This document shows positions 48,355 through 59,103 of a stretch of DNA of 64,000 bases, one piece after another. The stretch is from Chrysemys picta bellii. Taxonomy: Eukaryota. The translations under genes were made by a program, and so were the position numbers. The stretch is from assembly GCF_011386835.1 (NCBI RefSeq), contig NC_088811.1, positions 11,346,001 through 11,410,000 on the forward strand, given 5' to 3'. The notes under the pieces were generated by a model that made no database searches, was not told the DNA's origin, and saw only the letters and a list, made by a program, of their open reading frames with translations. How positions within the stretch are numbered: position 1 is the stretch's first letter; every line of letters starts with the position of its first letter.

Positions 48355-50510
48355 TGGCAAGTCAAGTGCAAAACTATAGTTATTCAGGCCAAAAAAGAAT
48401 TTGAAGAGCAATTAGCAAAAAGATACAAAAATAATTTTTTTAAGTATTTCAGAAGCAGGAAGCCTGCCAAAAAATCAGTGGGGCAACTGGACGATTGAGG
48501 TGCTAAAGGAGCACTCAAGAAAGACAAGGCCATTGTGGAGAAGCTAAATGAATTCTTTGCATCAGTCTTCAGTGCCGAGGATGTGAGGGAGATTCCCACA
48601 CCTGAGCCATCCTTTTTAGGTGACAATCTGAGGAACTGTCCCAGATCGAGGTGTCAATAGAGGAGGTTTGGAACAAATTGATAAATTGAACAGTAATAAG
48701 TCTCCAGGACCAAATGGTATTCACCCACAAGTTTTGAAGGAACTCAAGTATGAAATTGCAGAACTACTAACTGTGGCATGTAACCCATTGCTTAAATCAG
48801 CCTCTGTACCAGATGACTGTCAAATAGCTAATATAACACTGATTTTTAAAAAATGCTCCAGAGGCAATCCTGGGAATTACAGGCCAGTAAGTCTAACTTC
48901 AGTACCAGGCAAATTGGTTGAAACTATAGTAAAGAACAGAATTATCAGACACACAAATGAACGCAGTATATTGGGGAAGAGTCAACATGGCATTTATAAA
49001 GGGTAATCATGCCTCACCAATCTATTAAAGGGTGCCAACAAACATACGGACAGGGTGATCCAGTGGATAGAGTGTACTTGGACTTTCATGATGCCTTTGA
49101 CAAGGTCTCTCACCAAAGGCTTGTAAGCAAAGTAAGCAGTCATTGGCTAAGAGGGAATGTCCTCTCATGGATCAGTAATTGGGTTAAAAGTTAGGAAACA
49201 AAGAGTAGGAATAAATAGTTTTCACAATGGAGAGAGATAATAGCCAGGTCCCCCAAGGATCTGTACTGGGACAAGTGCTATTCAACATATTCATAAATGA
49301 TTTGGGAAAAGCAGTAAACAGCAGGGTGGAAAAGTTTGCAGAAGATACTAAATTACTCAAGATAGTTAAGTCCAAAGCTGATTGCAAAAAGTTACAAAGG
49401 AATCTCGAAAAACTGGGTGACAGCAACAAAATGGCAGATGAAATTCAACGTTGTATAATGCACATTGGAAAACATAGCCCCAACTATACATACAAAATGA
49501 TGGGGTCTAAATTAGCTGTTACCACTCAAGACCGAGATCTTGGAGTCATTGTGGATAGTTCTCTGATAACATCCGCTCAGTGTGCCAAATCAGTAATAAA
49601 GCTAACAGAATGTTAGGAACCATTAGGAAACAGATAATAAGACAAAATATCATGATGCCACTATATAGAATCTCAGGGTTGGAAGGGACCTCGGGAGATC
49701 ATCTAGTCCAACCCCCTGCTCAAAGCAGGACCAATCCCCAGACAGAGTTTTGACCCAGATCCCTAAATGGCCCCTTCAAGGATTGAACTTACAACCCTGG
49801 GTTTAGCAGGCCAATGCTCAAACCACTGAGCTATCCCTCGCCCCCCCCCCCCCCCATGATATGCCCACACCTTGAATGTTGTGTGCAATTGTGGTCACCC
49901 CATCTCCAAAAAGATATATTAGGACTGGAAAATGTGCAACAAAAATGATTAAGGGTATGGAACAGCTTCTGTATGAGGAGAGATTAAAAAGACTGGCACT
50001 GATCAGCATAGAAAAGAAATGACTCGGAGTCGGGGGGGGGGGTATAACAGAAGTCTATAAAATCTTGAATGGTGTAGAGAAAGTGAATAAGGAAGTGTTA
50101 TTTACCTCTTCACATAACACAAGAATCAGGGTTCATCCAATGAAATTAATAGGCAGCAGGTTTAAAACAAACGTAAGGAAGTATTTCTTCACACATCGCA
50201 CAGTCAACCTGTAGAACTCTTTGCCAGAGGATGTTGTGAAGGCCAAAAGTATAAACTGGGTTTAAAAAATAATTATGTAAGTTCATGGAGGATATAAATT
50301 CATGGCTGTTAGTTAAGATGGTCAGGGACACAATCACATGCTCTGCTTGTCCCTGACTGCCATAAAATGGGAGTGGACAACAGGGGATGGATCGCTTGAT
50401 AATTGCCCCATTCTGTTTATTGCTCAGAAGCATCTGACATTGGCCCCGTTGGAAAACAGGATACTGGGCTAGATGGACCATTGGTCTGACCCAGTATGGC
50501 CATCCTTGTA
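48355..50510 (+). mobile_element. 5'-truncated, decayed CR1 LINE (ORF2 reverse transcriptase region plus 3' UTR)
   Basis: Broken frames give KSPGPNGIHPQVLKEL, GNPGNYRPVSLTSVPGKLVE, VYLDFHDAFDKVSHQRL, QVPQGSVLGQVLFNIFINDL and FAEDTKL (RT motifs, with FADD changed to FAED). CR1-type tail gggctagatggaccattggtctgacccagtatggcc. Multiple stops and frameshifts. Confidence 0.95.
49665..49840 (-). mobile_element. Tortoise Pol III/SINE (tRNA-Lys-derived head, CR1-derived tail) nested in the CR1
   Basis: Reverse strand reads GAGGGATAGCTCAGTGGTTTGAGCATTGGCCTGCTAAACCCAGGGTTGTAAGTTCAATCCTTGAAGGGGCCATTTAGGGATCTGGG...GGTTGGACTAGATGATCTCCCGAGGTCCCTTCCAACCCTGAGATTCTAT. CR1 sequence resumes on both sides. Confidence 0.9.
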
Positions 50511-51239
50511 TTCACTATGGGGATTGGATAAGGGGCACTGTCAATGCAGGAGATTATTTCTTTTTCTGAGCGCTCTTCCCTTAGCCGCTTTTACATGTGA
50601 AAGCAAAATCAGTCTGGTCGTGGGAAGCAGTGATATTGCTTCTAGTCCCATGAATGTATAAAACAAAAACTGTCATGTTATTTGCAGCAAATCTTCCAAA
50701 AGCAGGGCCTTGCCCCAGTTTCCATCCAGTCTGACAGACATTACTCTGCAATATTGATGTGGTGCCAATAGCAGCTGTACCAGAGTTGCGTGAGTTGCTC
50801 ATCATCTTTTCCCACCAAATTGGGCTCTTTGCCTCGAAATATCCAGAGGAGAATGTCGAGTACAGCTGCTTCCTGGAGATAGAGTCTGGTAGCTCAGGCA
50901 CAGCTCTAATTGTTCTGATCTAGAGGAGAGTTCTTCGGGCTTTTAAACATCTATTGCTCAGTCCCCCTAGAAACTCCATGCAGTACAGTCTGGTGGCGTT
51001 TTTTTCGGTGATCTCGGAGAGATTGAGTTCATGCTCTCAGTCCAGTTTCTAGCATGCAGGTACTCAGATTATAATCTGCTCCCTTGACTGAGGGCAATGT
51101 CAGGAAAGAGAGAAGGAACTGATTCTACATTACAGACACGAGGTAACAATTTCAAATCACCTAAATCCCACCAACTTTCAGTGGGACATAGGATCCTAAA
51201 TCACTCATGTGCTTTTGAAATTTTTACTCAAAATCCCAT

Positions 51240-51345
51240 GCCCTCTTCTCTAGAAGTGGTCTGTCCAGGTCAGGGCTGAACATGTTGGCAGGCCCATGTG
51301 AGGAAGCGTGCATTGCTTCTCACATGTGCTGCATTGGTTCTGTGG
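51240..51345 (+). mobile_element. LF-SINE 3' fragment
   Basis: ctagaagtggtctgtccaggtcagggctgaacatgttggcagg...gtgaggaagcgtgcattgc...gttctgtgg. Confidence 0.65.
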
Positions 51346-51821
51346 CTGGCTGCCCTCCCTCGGTTTTCTTACAGACACCTTGCTGTCTGGATCTCTGTTC
51401 AGCACCCTAGGAAATACTAGCTTTTCCTTTTTTTAAAAAAAAGAGAAGAAAGCTCCCTTTGGGGTGCTTTAGCAAAGGCCAGGCTTGGTGCATTGATCCT
51501 AGTCTGCGCAAAGTGTGTTGGAAGTGAGTTAACCCTTCCCAAGAATGGAAGAAAAATCTTTGACTCCTCCTAGCATCAGAGCAAAGTTTTCCTAGGGGGC
51601 TGCCAGTAGGACAGTTGGCCTGTTTTGAGAGCCACTCAGGTACATAGCTCACATTGCAGAAATCCCTCTACCCAGCATCGAGAGGTTTAAATGCAAGAAC
51701 CCAGGCACAGTGGTCCATTGCTGAAGACTCTGGGGGTGGAGAGGGAGGGTAGGAGGGAGAACAGCTCTGAGTTATCTCCAAATCCACTCTCTCACCATTG
51801 CCTCTTCCATTTGTGTCCTAG

Positions 51822-51913
51822 GCCACCACTTCCACCAACTGGATCCTGGAGTCACAGAATATCAATGAATTGAAATCTGAGATCTACTCATTAAAAGGGC
51901 TCCTTCTAAACCG
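51822..51913 (+). CDS. PEX14: PEX14 exon 8: [30 protein letters not shown](R)
   Basis: Acceptor tttgtgtcctag|, donor CG|gtatgg, 92 nt. Confidence 0.97.
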
Positions 51914-52029
51914 GTATGGAGGGGTGCGTTAGCGGGATAGCACTGCGAGGAGGGGCGACACTCCTTGGGATTCCCTCAGGAAGGAGGAGGGCATTATCGG
52001 GAGGAGCTAGAACTAACCTTGCCCCTCTG

Positions 52030-52230
52030 TCAATGCTCTTTAATAATATTACTTTGCACTTCACTGTTGCCTTCCATCCAAGGGTCTCAGAGCACTTTAC
52101 AAACATGCATTAAACCTCACGGTGCCCCTGGGAGATGGGTAACTTTTATTGTTTCCATTTGGGATAGAGATTGACTGACACATAGTGAGTGAGTGGCAGA
52201 GACAGGAATGGGGCTCACATCTCTGAATTA
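52030..52230 (-). mobile_element. MIR-like CORE-SINE (decayed)
   Basis: ctcagagcactttacaaacatgcattaaacctcac...ccatttgggatagaga...gagtggcagagacaggaatg. Confidence 0.65.
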
Positions 52231-53548
52231 ACCACAAGATCACCCTCTTCCCCTAAAGCATCTCTTATAGTCATTGGCTCTTAGTTCTTCCCACCCGGCC
52301 TTGTCTATTTCCCCAAATGTAACAAAATCTGCCCATTATCACAGCTCTATGATATAGGTGGGGTCAAAGACCCATTGAAGTTGAGACCAAACAGCTGCTG
52401 GATGTAAGCAGGTGCACTAAATGGATGCAGAGGCCTGGAATTTGGGTTGGGTTTGATTTTCTTTTAAGCTGCACCTGAGGAACCTTGCCCCACTCCAGTG
52501 GGAATCACAGTCGAAAGCTTTGGGGAATTGGGGTCATGTCATGTCACGCTCTGGCTGAAGTGACAGGTCCTGTCTCCATCCATTTGGGTCACACTAGCCT
52601 CGTTTTAGGAGCAAGGGCATTGGCTTTTGAAGCCCCTCCATGAGGGTGGGGGTTGGGGGAGAAGTGTGTCACTCAGAGACGTTTGGGCAGAGCTCACAAG
52701 CCTGGCCGCCCTTTGGCATGGCTTTCTGTCTCGGGCCAGATGAACAGCACAACTCACAGGGCTGCTTATCCCTTCGCCTTTCCAGTGAGGAGGGTTCTGC
52801 CCGGGTTCATGTATTTGGCCTGGATGGTCCCTGCTCCCTGATGCTGATGGGCAGCAAGGGGATAGTGCTCCCTGGGGTGGGCGAGGGGACAGCTGTCATT
52901 AAGGGAAATTCATTGTTTTTATGCAGCCGGGGGTTAAGTGCTTTTGGAAAATAAAAATTAAAAAAAAAAAAAAAGGCATATCTCCCTGCACTGAGCAGGC
53001 GGCGGCAACACTGGAGCCAAGAAAGTCTCCAAATTGAATTTCTTGATAGCATTTATGATCCTGGTGAATAATGCAGGCATTAGCTTGTTTGCACTCGGAC
53101 GAGATGGAGGCTAGAACGGCAGAGCTCCTCCAAGGCCACTGGCAGAGGGAGGGAGGTGAGTGCAGTTGTTTTTAGGTCTGCCGAAGAAAATTAAATCTGT
53201 TGCTTTGGCCTCATTTGAACGCTCGCTGCAGAAAGGCAGCTGGCCTCCCTGGGTCTCTTCTGGAGCAATCCTTGGCACAAACCAGCTTAACACACACAGC
53301 GTGTGAACCCTTCCCCACGCTCACTTCCTTTTTAAGGGCTTGATCCCATAACCCTATGCATGCTGAATTCCCGCTCTCGTCAGTGGGAGCTGGGCTGCAT
53401 GAGGAATACAGGATTGGGTCCTGGTGAGTCCCTTTCTGGGTGATGGATGTGTTTCCAAAGGCACCGGGTGGAGTATGCCCCCCCCCACACACACTGCCTT
53501 CTTCCCTCTTCCCCCATGTGGTTACTCGGGCTGCCACAAGGGACAGTT

Positions 53549-53636
53549 GGGTCAGCTCCTCAGCTGTTGTAAATTGGTATAACTCCATGGAAGTCAGTGG
53601 AGCTAAACTGCTTTACAATTGCAGAGGCTTTAGCCC
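53549..53636. mobile_element. About 88-bp palindromic sauropsid MITE (Chompy-like)
   Basis: gggtcagctcctcagctgttgtaaa...aactccatggaagtcagtggagct...tttacaattgcagagg...agccc forms an imperfect palindrome. Confidence 0.6.
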
Positions 53637-53879
53637 AGATGGGTGCAATGCACACTGGGCCCAGGAGGGGCAGCTTGGACTTCAGTGAGCTAGTGCGTGT
53701 GTGAGCGCACACGTGCATGGGGGAGACGGTGGGGAACCAGGCTGCCGTTTCACTGCGGCTCAGACACAGGCTGGAGTTGAAGCTCCTGACTCCTCACATG
53801 GATGGGAATGATCTTCCCCAAGCTGCGATGGTTGTGGAGGGACAATGAAACCTCCCTGTCTGTCCAGAGGCAGCACTCT

Positions 53880-54070
53880 CTAGTGGCTACAGCTTGGGTG
53901 GGGGACTCAGAGTCAGGACCCCTAAGCTCTAGTCCCAGCTCCCTCTATGAAGTTGGCCAACTCTCAATCTCTCACCGCTTCAGTTTGCCCAGCTCTGAGC
54001 AGGGATGGTATTTCCTTCTCATGCACGGGCTCAATTCCTGGATGCTTGTAAAGTGCTTTGACGTCCTGGC
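53880..54070 (+). mobile_element. MIR-like CORE-SINE (decayed)
   Basis: gactcagagtcaggacccctaagctctagtcccagctcc...cttcagtttgccc...gcttgtaaagtgctttga. Confidence 0.65.
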
Positions 54071-54254
54071 ACAAGAGGGGAAGGAGCCTCATTACTATTC
54101 ATTTATTACGGAGGAGACTTGAGATCCCGGTCCCACCTTCTGTGACTCCCTGAGCATGTTATGTGTCCGGGAGGCTGATCCCTTCTCTCTGATGATTCCC
54201 CCCGTTGCAGTGCTTGTAATAAAAGCTCCTTTTTCTCCTTTCCGTCCCCCAAAG

Positions 54255-54723
54255 GAGGCAGTTCCCTCCCTCCCCTTCGGCTCCCAAGATCCCATCCTGG
54301 CAAATCCCGGTGAAGCCTTCCTCACCCTCCAACCCTGTTGCTACTAACCACAACAGCAGCAGTGACATCTCGCCCGTCAGCAACGAGTCCACCTCCTCGT
54401 CACCTGTGAAGGAGAACCACAGCCCAGAGGGGGCAACGGTCAGCTGCCACCTGCTGGGTACGGAGGAGGAGGGCGAGGTGGTGATGGACGTCAAGGGCCA
54501 GGTGCGAATGGAAGTGCAGGGCGAGGAGGAGAAGAGGGAGGACAAAGGGAATGAGGAGGAGGAGGAAGAGGACGATGAGGATGATGATGTCAGCCATGTG
54601 GACGAAGAGGAGTGCCTGGACGTCCAGACCGAGGACCGACGAGGAGGGGATGGGCAGATTAATGAGCAGGTGGAGAAGCTACGAAGACCGGAAGGGGCCA
54701 GCAATGAGAATGAGATTGACTAG
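54255..54723 (+). CDS. PEX14: PEX14 last coding exon 9: (R)[20 protein letters not shown]...acidic tail...[16 protein letters not shown]
   Basis: Acceptor tttccgtcccccaaag|, TAG stop at 54721-54723. C-terminal motifs [36 protein letters not shown] and [25 protein letters not shown] match PEX14. The seven exons sum to 1056 nt, a multiple of 3. Confidence 0.97.
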
Positions 54724-56125
54724 GGTGAATGGGCTTCTTTCCATCCCACCCTGCATCTGTCCAGCCTTCTCCCACCCCCTGGTGCCTCTCTCATTTGGTG
54801 GAGAGAACTCGGCCCTGCCCCCTCCCCCCAGTGATTTGCCCATGATTCACCTCGAGTAGCGTCATGATCCTCCAGTGAGCAAGGCGGGTCCTGTGTCACC
54901 CCAGGGCCAAGCAGCACTGCAGTGGCTTCTTTTCCCTCTCCGCCCCAGCACCACCGCAGGAATCTGAGCTGGGGGTCGCTGCCTGGGCTAGAAGAGCACT
55001 CACCTGACCATGCACCACAGCTAGAGAAACAAGTTCCCTTGTGTCCAGCGTCCTTCCTGAACCAGCCAGCCCCTTCGCTCCTCGCTGCTTCCTAGAGATC
55101 TTCCATCTGATGGCCTGCCCCAGCCCCTTCTCATCCCCAATCCTTTAACTGCATCTCAGTCTGAAACCACTTCTGCCCAACCTCTGAAATGTCCCATCAG
55201 GTTTTAGTCCTGAAATCAGATGGTGTGCCATCCCCAAACTGGCCACCCCCAGGCTGTTTCTATCTCTAAGATCCCTGTCAGATCTGCCTCCCAGTCCAGT
55301 TATCCCCTTCCCCAAACCTCGTGCCAGGCCCAGTTACTGAAACCATCCAGCCTTTGAGAAACCCTGAAGTTCTTGTGGGGTCCAAAGAACAGTACTCCTA
55401 CCACCCCCGCTCTCCCCTCCACACCCCTGCAGCCTCTTGCTAGAGGCCAGACCCATGCCTCATGATCATAGTAATGCACATGAGAACAGGCAGCCTCATT
55501 ACTAATTACCCTGAGGTGAAAGGCCTTCTCCTGTTAGTATGAGTCTCACCTGGATCGCCCACTTCAATTCGTTGCTGCTCTCCCATGCAGAGAAGGGGAG
55601 CTCATGTCCGTGTCTGACGTCTTCCGTTCTATTTACTGCCCAGCCTGAATGGATCAGGTGTCTTGGCTGCTGGCATAGTTGATTAGTTCTGAATCTCTGC
55701 AATAGTTCTTAGCCCATCTTCCTCCCTAAATGAGGAGAAAGCCCACCAGAAACAGTCAGTCGAGACTTGTGTCGGAGCAAAGTACATGTACCCACCTCAG
55801 CAAGGTGTGGAGAGCACTTCCAGAGCAGAGATGCACCCCTCCTCTTCCCCACCTACCCCACCTCAGCCTTCTTTGCCCTACGGGGGCTAAAAACAAAAAC
55901 AAACCAACAAGTTCTGAAACCTCTTGTTTGCAGCATTGTGTTCTCAACTGGTAAAATGGTGGTGTCTGATTCTCATTCACTGCATAAGAGCCTCTTAGTA
56001 GAGCAATTCCTGTAACAACTGTCGTCCTCACCAAGCAAACGTTCTCGTCCGTGTGATCATGTATAGATTTCAAATATAAAATACGATTGTATATACTTGT
56101 AATAAATATGAGTTACCACTATTTA
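54724..56125 (+). other. PEX14: Probable PEX14 3' UTR
   Basis: Runs from the stop codon to the first AATAAA that is preceded by UGUA motifs. The 3' end is inferred. Confidence 0.6.
56101..56106 (+). terminator. Polyadenylation signal AATAAA (a second one at 56216-56221)
   Basis: AATAAA preceded by TGTA at 56060, 56088 and 56098 in an AT-rich patch. Confidence 0.65.
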
Positions 56126-56344
56126 ACACCCGGCTGCCAGGATTGCTGCTGCTCTTGTTTTCTGAGGGCTGGGGAGGGAAGTGAAAGGGAGGGCAGGCTC
56201 CAGAAATGGAGCCCCAATAAAAACATTTTTGAAAGATCATTGGAAAAAACATTTAAGGTTGGTTTTGTGTTCAGCTGCTGCAGTACACAGCTCTCCCAGC
56301 AAGGGGTAGCACAAGGTATGATGGAGGTGATCTGTGATTGGGGC

Positions 56345-56620
56345 TACTGACAGCTACTCCAGTGCCCTTCTCTCCCAGCAGGAGCTACTGCAGGGAACAG
56401 TGTAAGTAGCTCTGGCTGTGCCATAACTTGAAACTACCCTAGTCTAAACTTCTTAGCAGGAGGCACTGCCGGGGATGTGCATTGCCTCTGAGGTAACACA
56501 CAGCTACTCCAGTCCCCCTGTCATCCAGTAGGAGGTGCTGCAGGGAATGATGTGTGGTACCTCTTGGCTATCTAGCCCCACCCTCTCCCAACAGGAGGCG
56601 CTGCGAGGCATGGCGTATAG
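56345..56620 (+). repeat. Degenerate tandem repeat (period about 63-78 bp), 4 units
   Basis: Recurrent cagctactccagt...agNaggaggNgctgcagggaa. Confidence 0.65.
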
Positions 56621-56843
56621 CAACTCATAGCTGCTATAGTACCATCTTCACTCAACTGAAGTATTTGGCTTCCTTCTTAAAAACGAGGGATTTACTTGAT
56701 TCCTGGGTATTTGTGTGTCTGGTACATGGTGACATTTTTCTGCTCTGGGGGAGAGAAAGGGACCTTCAGATTACTGTATTTAGACCTGCTGTTGAATGTG
56801 ATGATTTCTCATTCCTTAAATGGATGAGTATCTTCCCTCAGGA

Positions 56844-56888
56844 GTCTCTCTCTCTCTCTCTCTCCCCCCTCTCTCCCTCTCTCTTTCC
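56844..56888. repeat. (CT)n microsatellite
   Basis: Seen directly. Confidence 0.9.
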
Positions 56889-58847
56889 TTTAACGTTCAC
56901 AAAGAACGTTGCATTTAGCTAAAACAGGGCAAATTAGAGAGTGTTTAAAAGCAGAGGCTTTCTTTGGGCGATGGCACTCTTTTTTTCCCCCCAGCCAAGA
57001 ATCTTTGTGAAATGGAAACACAGGGCGAACGTGGGGATGTAATGAAAAAGTATTGCCCTGCCCATGTACATTTTATATACATAGAAGGGTTTGAAAATAG
57101 AAAGTGCCTGGACAAGAGCAGTCAGTGAAATGTGGAAAATATGTTGCTGAGGTATGCGCCTTGCGGAGTGACTTACGAGGTTTACAGCACAGGCAGCCCG
57201 AAGCTTTTTTTCCCTTCCCTCCATGCTCCCAGTCGATGGTTGGTTCATTAACAAGATGTGTTTGCTACAGGTTTTTCAAACCTTGCTTTGCTTTCTGGTG
57301 CAGCGGCACAAAGTGACTCTCCTCCCCCTCCCAAATTTTCCAGGCCTTGAGAACCTTGCTCTCTCACTAAGTCATAGCCTGCCTGTTCTCTACCCAATGT
57401 ACATCCCCTGCCAGCAGGATCCGAGCTCCTGTTGGTCACAAAACTTAACTCTGGGCATCTTGCTACTGACACTGTGTTTATTGGCTCACAAGTGCTGCCT
57501 AAGGAGACCCAGCACATCCACAGGAGATTCTTGGAGAGCCAGGCCTACTTACCAACAGGTATTCCCGAGAGTGCAGGGTGCTATTAGTTCCTATGTCAAT
57601 CACATCTTGTCTTTGCTTTCCAGCTATCCACGTAATGAAAGTATTGACAAGCTAACCAAGGGTGATGGAACAGCTCTTGTCAGGGGCCTTTCATGATTGC
57701 CTTGGCTTGATGCTGGGATGCTTGGGCCAGTATTTTAGTCCTGACAAACAGTGGAGCTTGACCTGCAGTTAATAATACCTCCTCCTCTCTACCCCAGGCC
57801 CCTACTGGGACCTGGCTTCTTAAGTCACTTGCTCTGGGAATTGATTACTCGTACAGGGGCTGGTATGCATTGGGAACACCTTAACGTTAGCTGACAGATC
57901 CCTGAGAAGGGACCCCTTTCTCTGCAGGACAAGAGATGACAGCAGCCTCTGTCTGTCAGGTGAAGATTACCCCACCAGTAGCCTCCTACGTGTGTTTACA
58001 GGGGTTCTTGCCACTATACAGAAAGAGGAGAACTGTACCAAATGATTAACAAGTCCCTTGCACCAAGGGGGACACACCGTGGAGCAGCGTGAGGGAGGAG
58101 TGGAGTGGTGGGTGGGGAGGGTAACTGGAATGCTTCATTGAAGAGGCAGGTTCCATGGTGTCGGTGGGAGGGGGGTTTTGCATAAGTGCATCTGGAGGCT
58201 GTTCCAGGCATAAAGGACAAAGTGGAAGAAGGTATGAAGTCAGGAGTGGGCAAACGAGACAAAGGAGGGAGGCTGGTGCAGAATGAAGAGAGGGGAGCAG
58301 GTAGAAGGAGATGAGGCTGGCAGAGAAGAAGGATCACTGATCCAGGCCTTCCCCCCTCAATGAACAGCTGAGAAGCACTTCAACGAGACACCATCCACCA
58401 ACCTGCCTCCCCGAGTGGATGCACACAGCCTGTGCTGTGTCAGACGATATGGGGGCACAAGAGCACAAGCTCGTGTCCAGCAGCAGCACAGATGCCAGGA
58501 CATCTCTGGAAGCGTGCCAGAGTGGGAAGGGATTAGGAGAGGGACGTCTCCAAGTCGTCTTTGTCTGACTCCACCTCAGATGACAAGCGAGCCAGGATCA
58601 GTTCTCAAGACAACATAAAGTCATGCTGGGCTCAGCAAGATTGTCCAGGTGAGTTTAGAGTTCAGGAAAGTGAGAGACTGGCTGGAGCCAGGCATTGTGC
58701 ACATTCCCCCATTGCACAGTGCTGGCCAGGCACCTTAATCCTGGCTTTCCCACACGCTGTCTGCTGGCACACTTCAGTTCTGTCCTGCAGCCCCCACATG
58801 TGTGAAAGTATGAGAGAGAGAGAGAGTGAGTGATTGTAGCTCTAGAT

Positions 58848-59103
58848 CAGGGGTGGCCAAACTTACTGACCCACCAAGCCGCATACAATAATCTTCAACA
58901 GTTCAAGAGCTGGGGCACCCCTGCTGGGAGTCGGGGTTTCAACACCTCGGGAGGAGCCTGCTGGAGCTCAAGTTTCAGCCTTGCTCCTGCTGAAGCCCAA
59001 AGGCTCCCCCCGGTAGGTGGAGAATGGGGGGTAGCACATGGGGAGCTCCAAGAGCTGCACTTTAACTGTAAAAGAGCTGCATGTGGCAGTTTGGCCACCC
59101 CTG
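58848..59103. mobile_element. 256-bp hAT (Charlie-like) MITE with perfect 8-bp TSD CTCTAGAT
   Basis: TIRs caggggtggccaaact / agtttggccacccctg. TSD at 58840-58847 and 59104-59111 with a central TCTAGA target. Confidence 0.92.

Noticed and set aside
48668-49616. ORFs 48668-49006, 49009-49194 and 49227-49616 as an active reverse transcriptase
   Set aside because: They are fragments of one 5'-truncated CR1 ORF2 with stops, frameshifts, a mutated catalytic motif and a SINE insertion.
49770-49840. tRNA-Lys-like gene on the minus strand
   Set aside because: It is the head of the tortoise Pol III/SINE, fused to a CR1-derived tail; the acceptor stem is not intact.
54159-54704. 181-aa Ser-rich minus-strand ORF
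   Set aside because: Antisense shadow of the GAG/GAT-rich PEX14 last exon.
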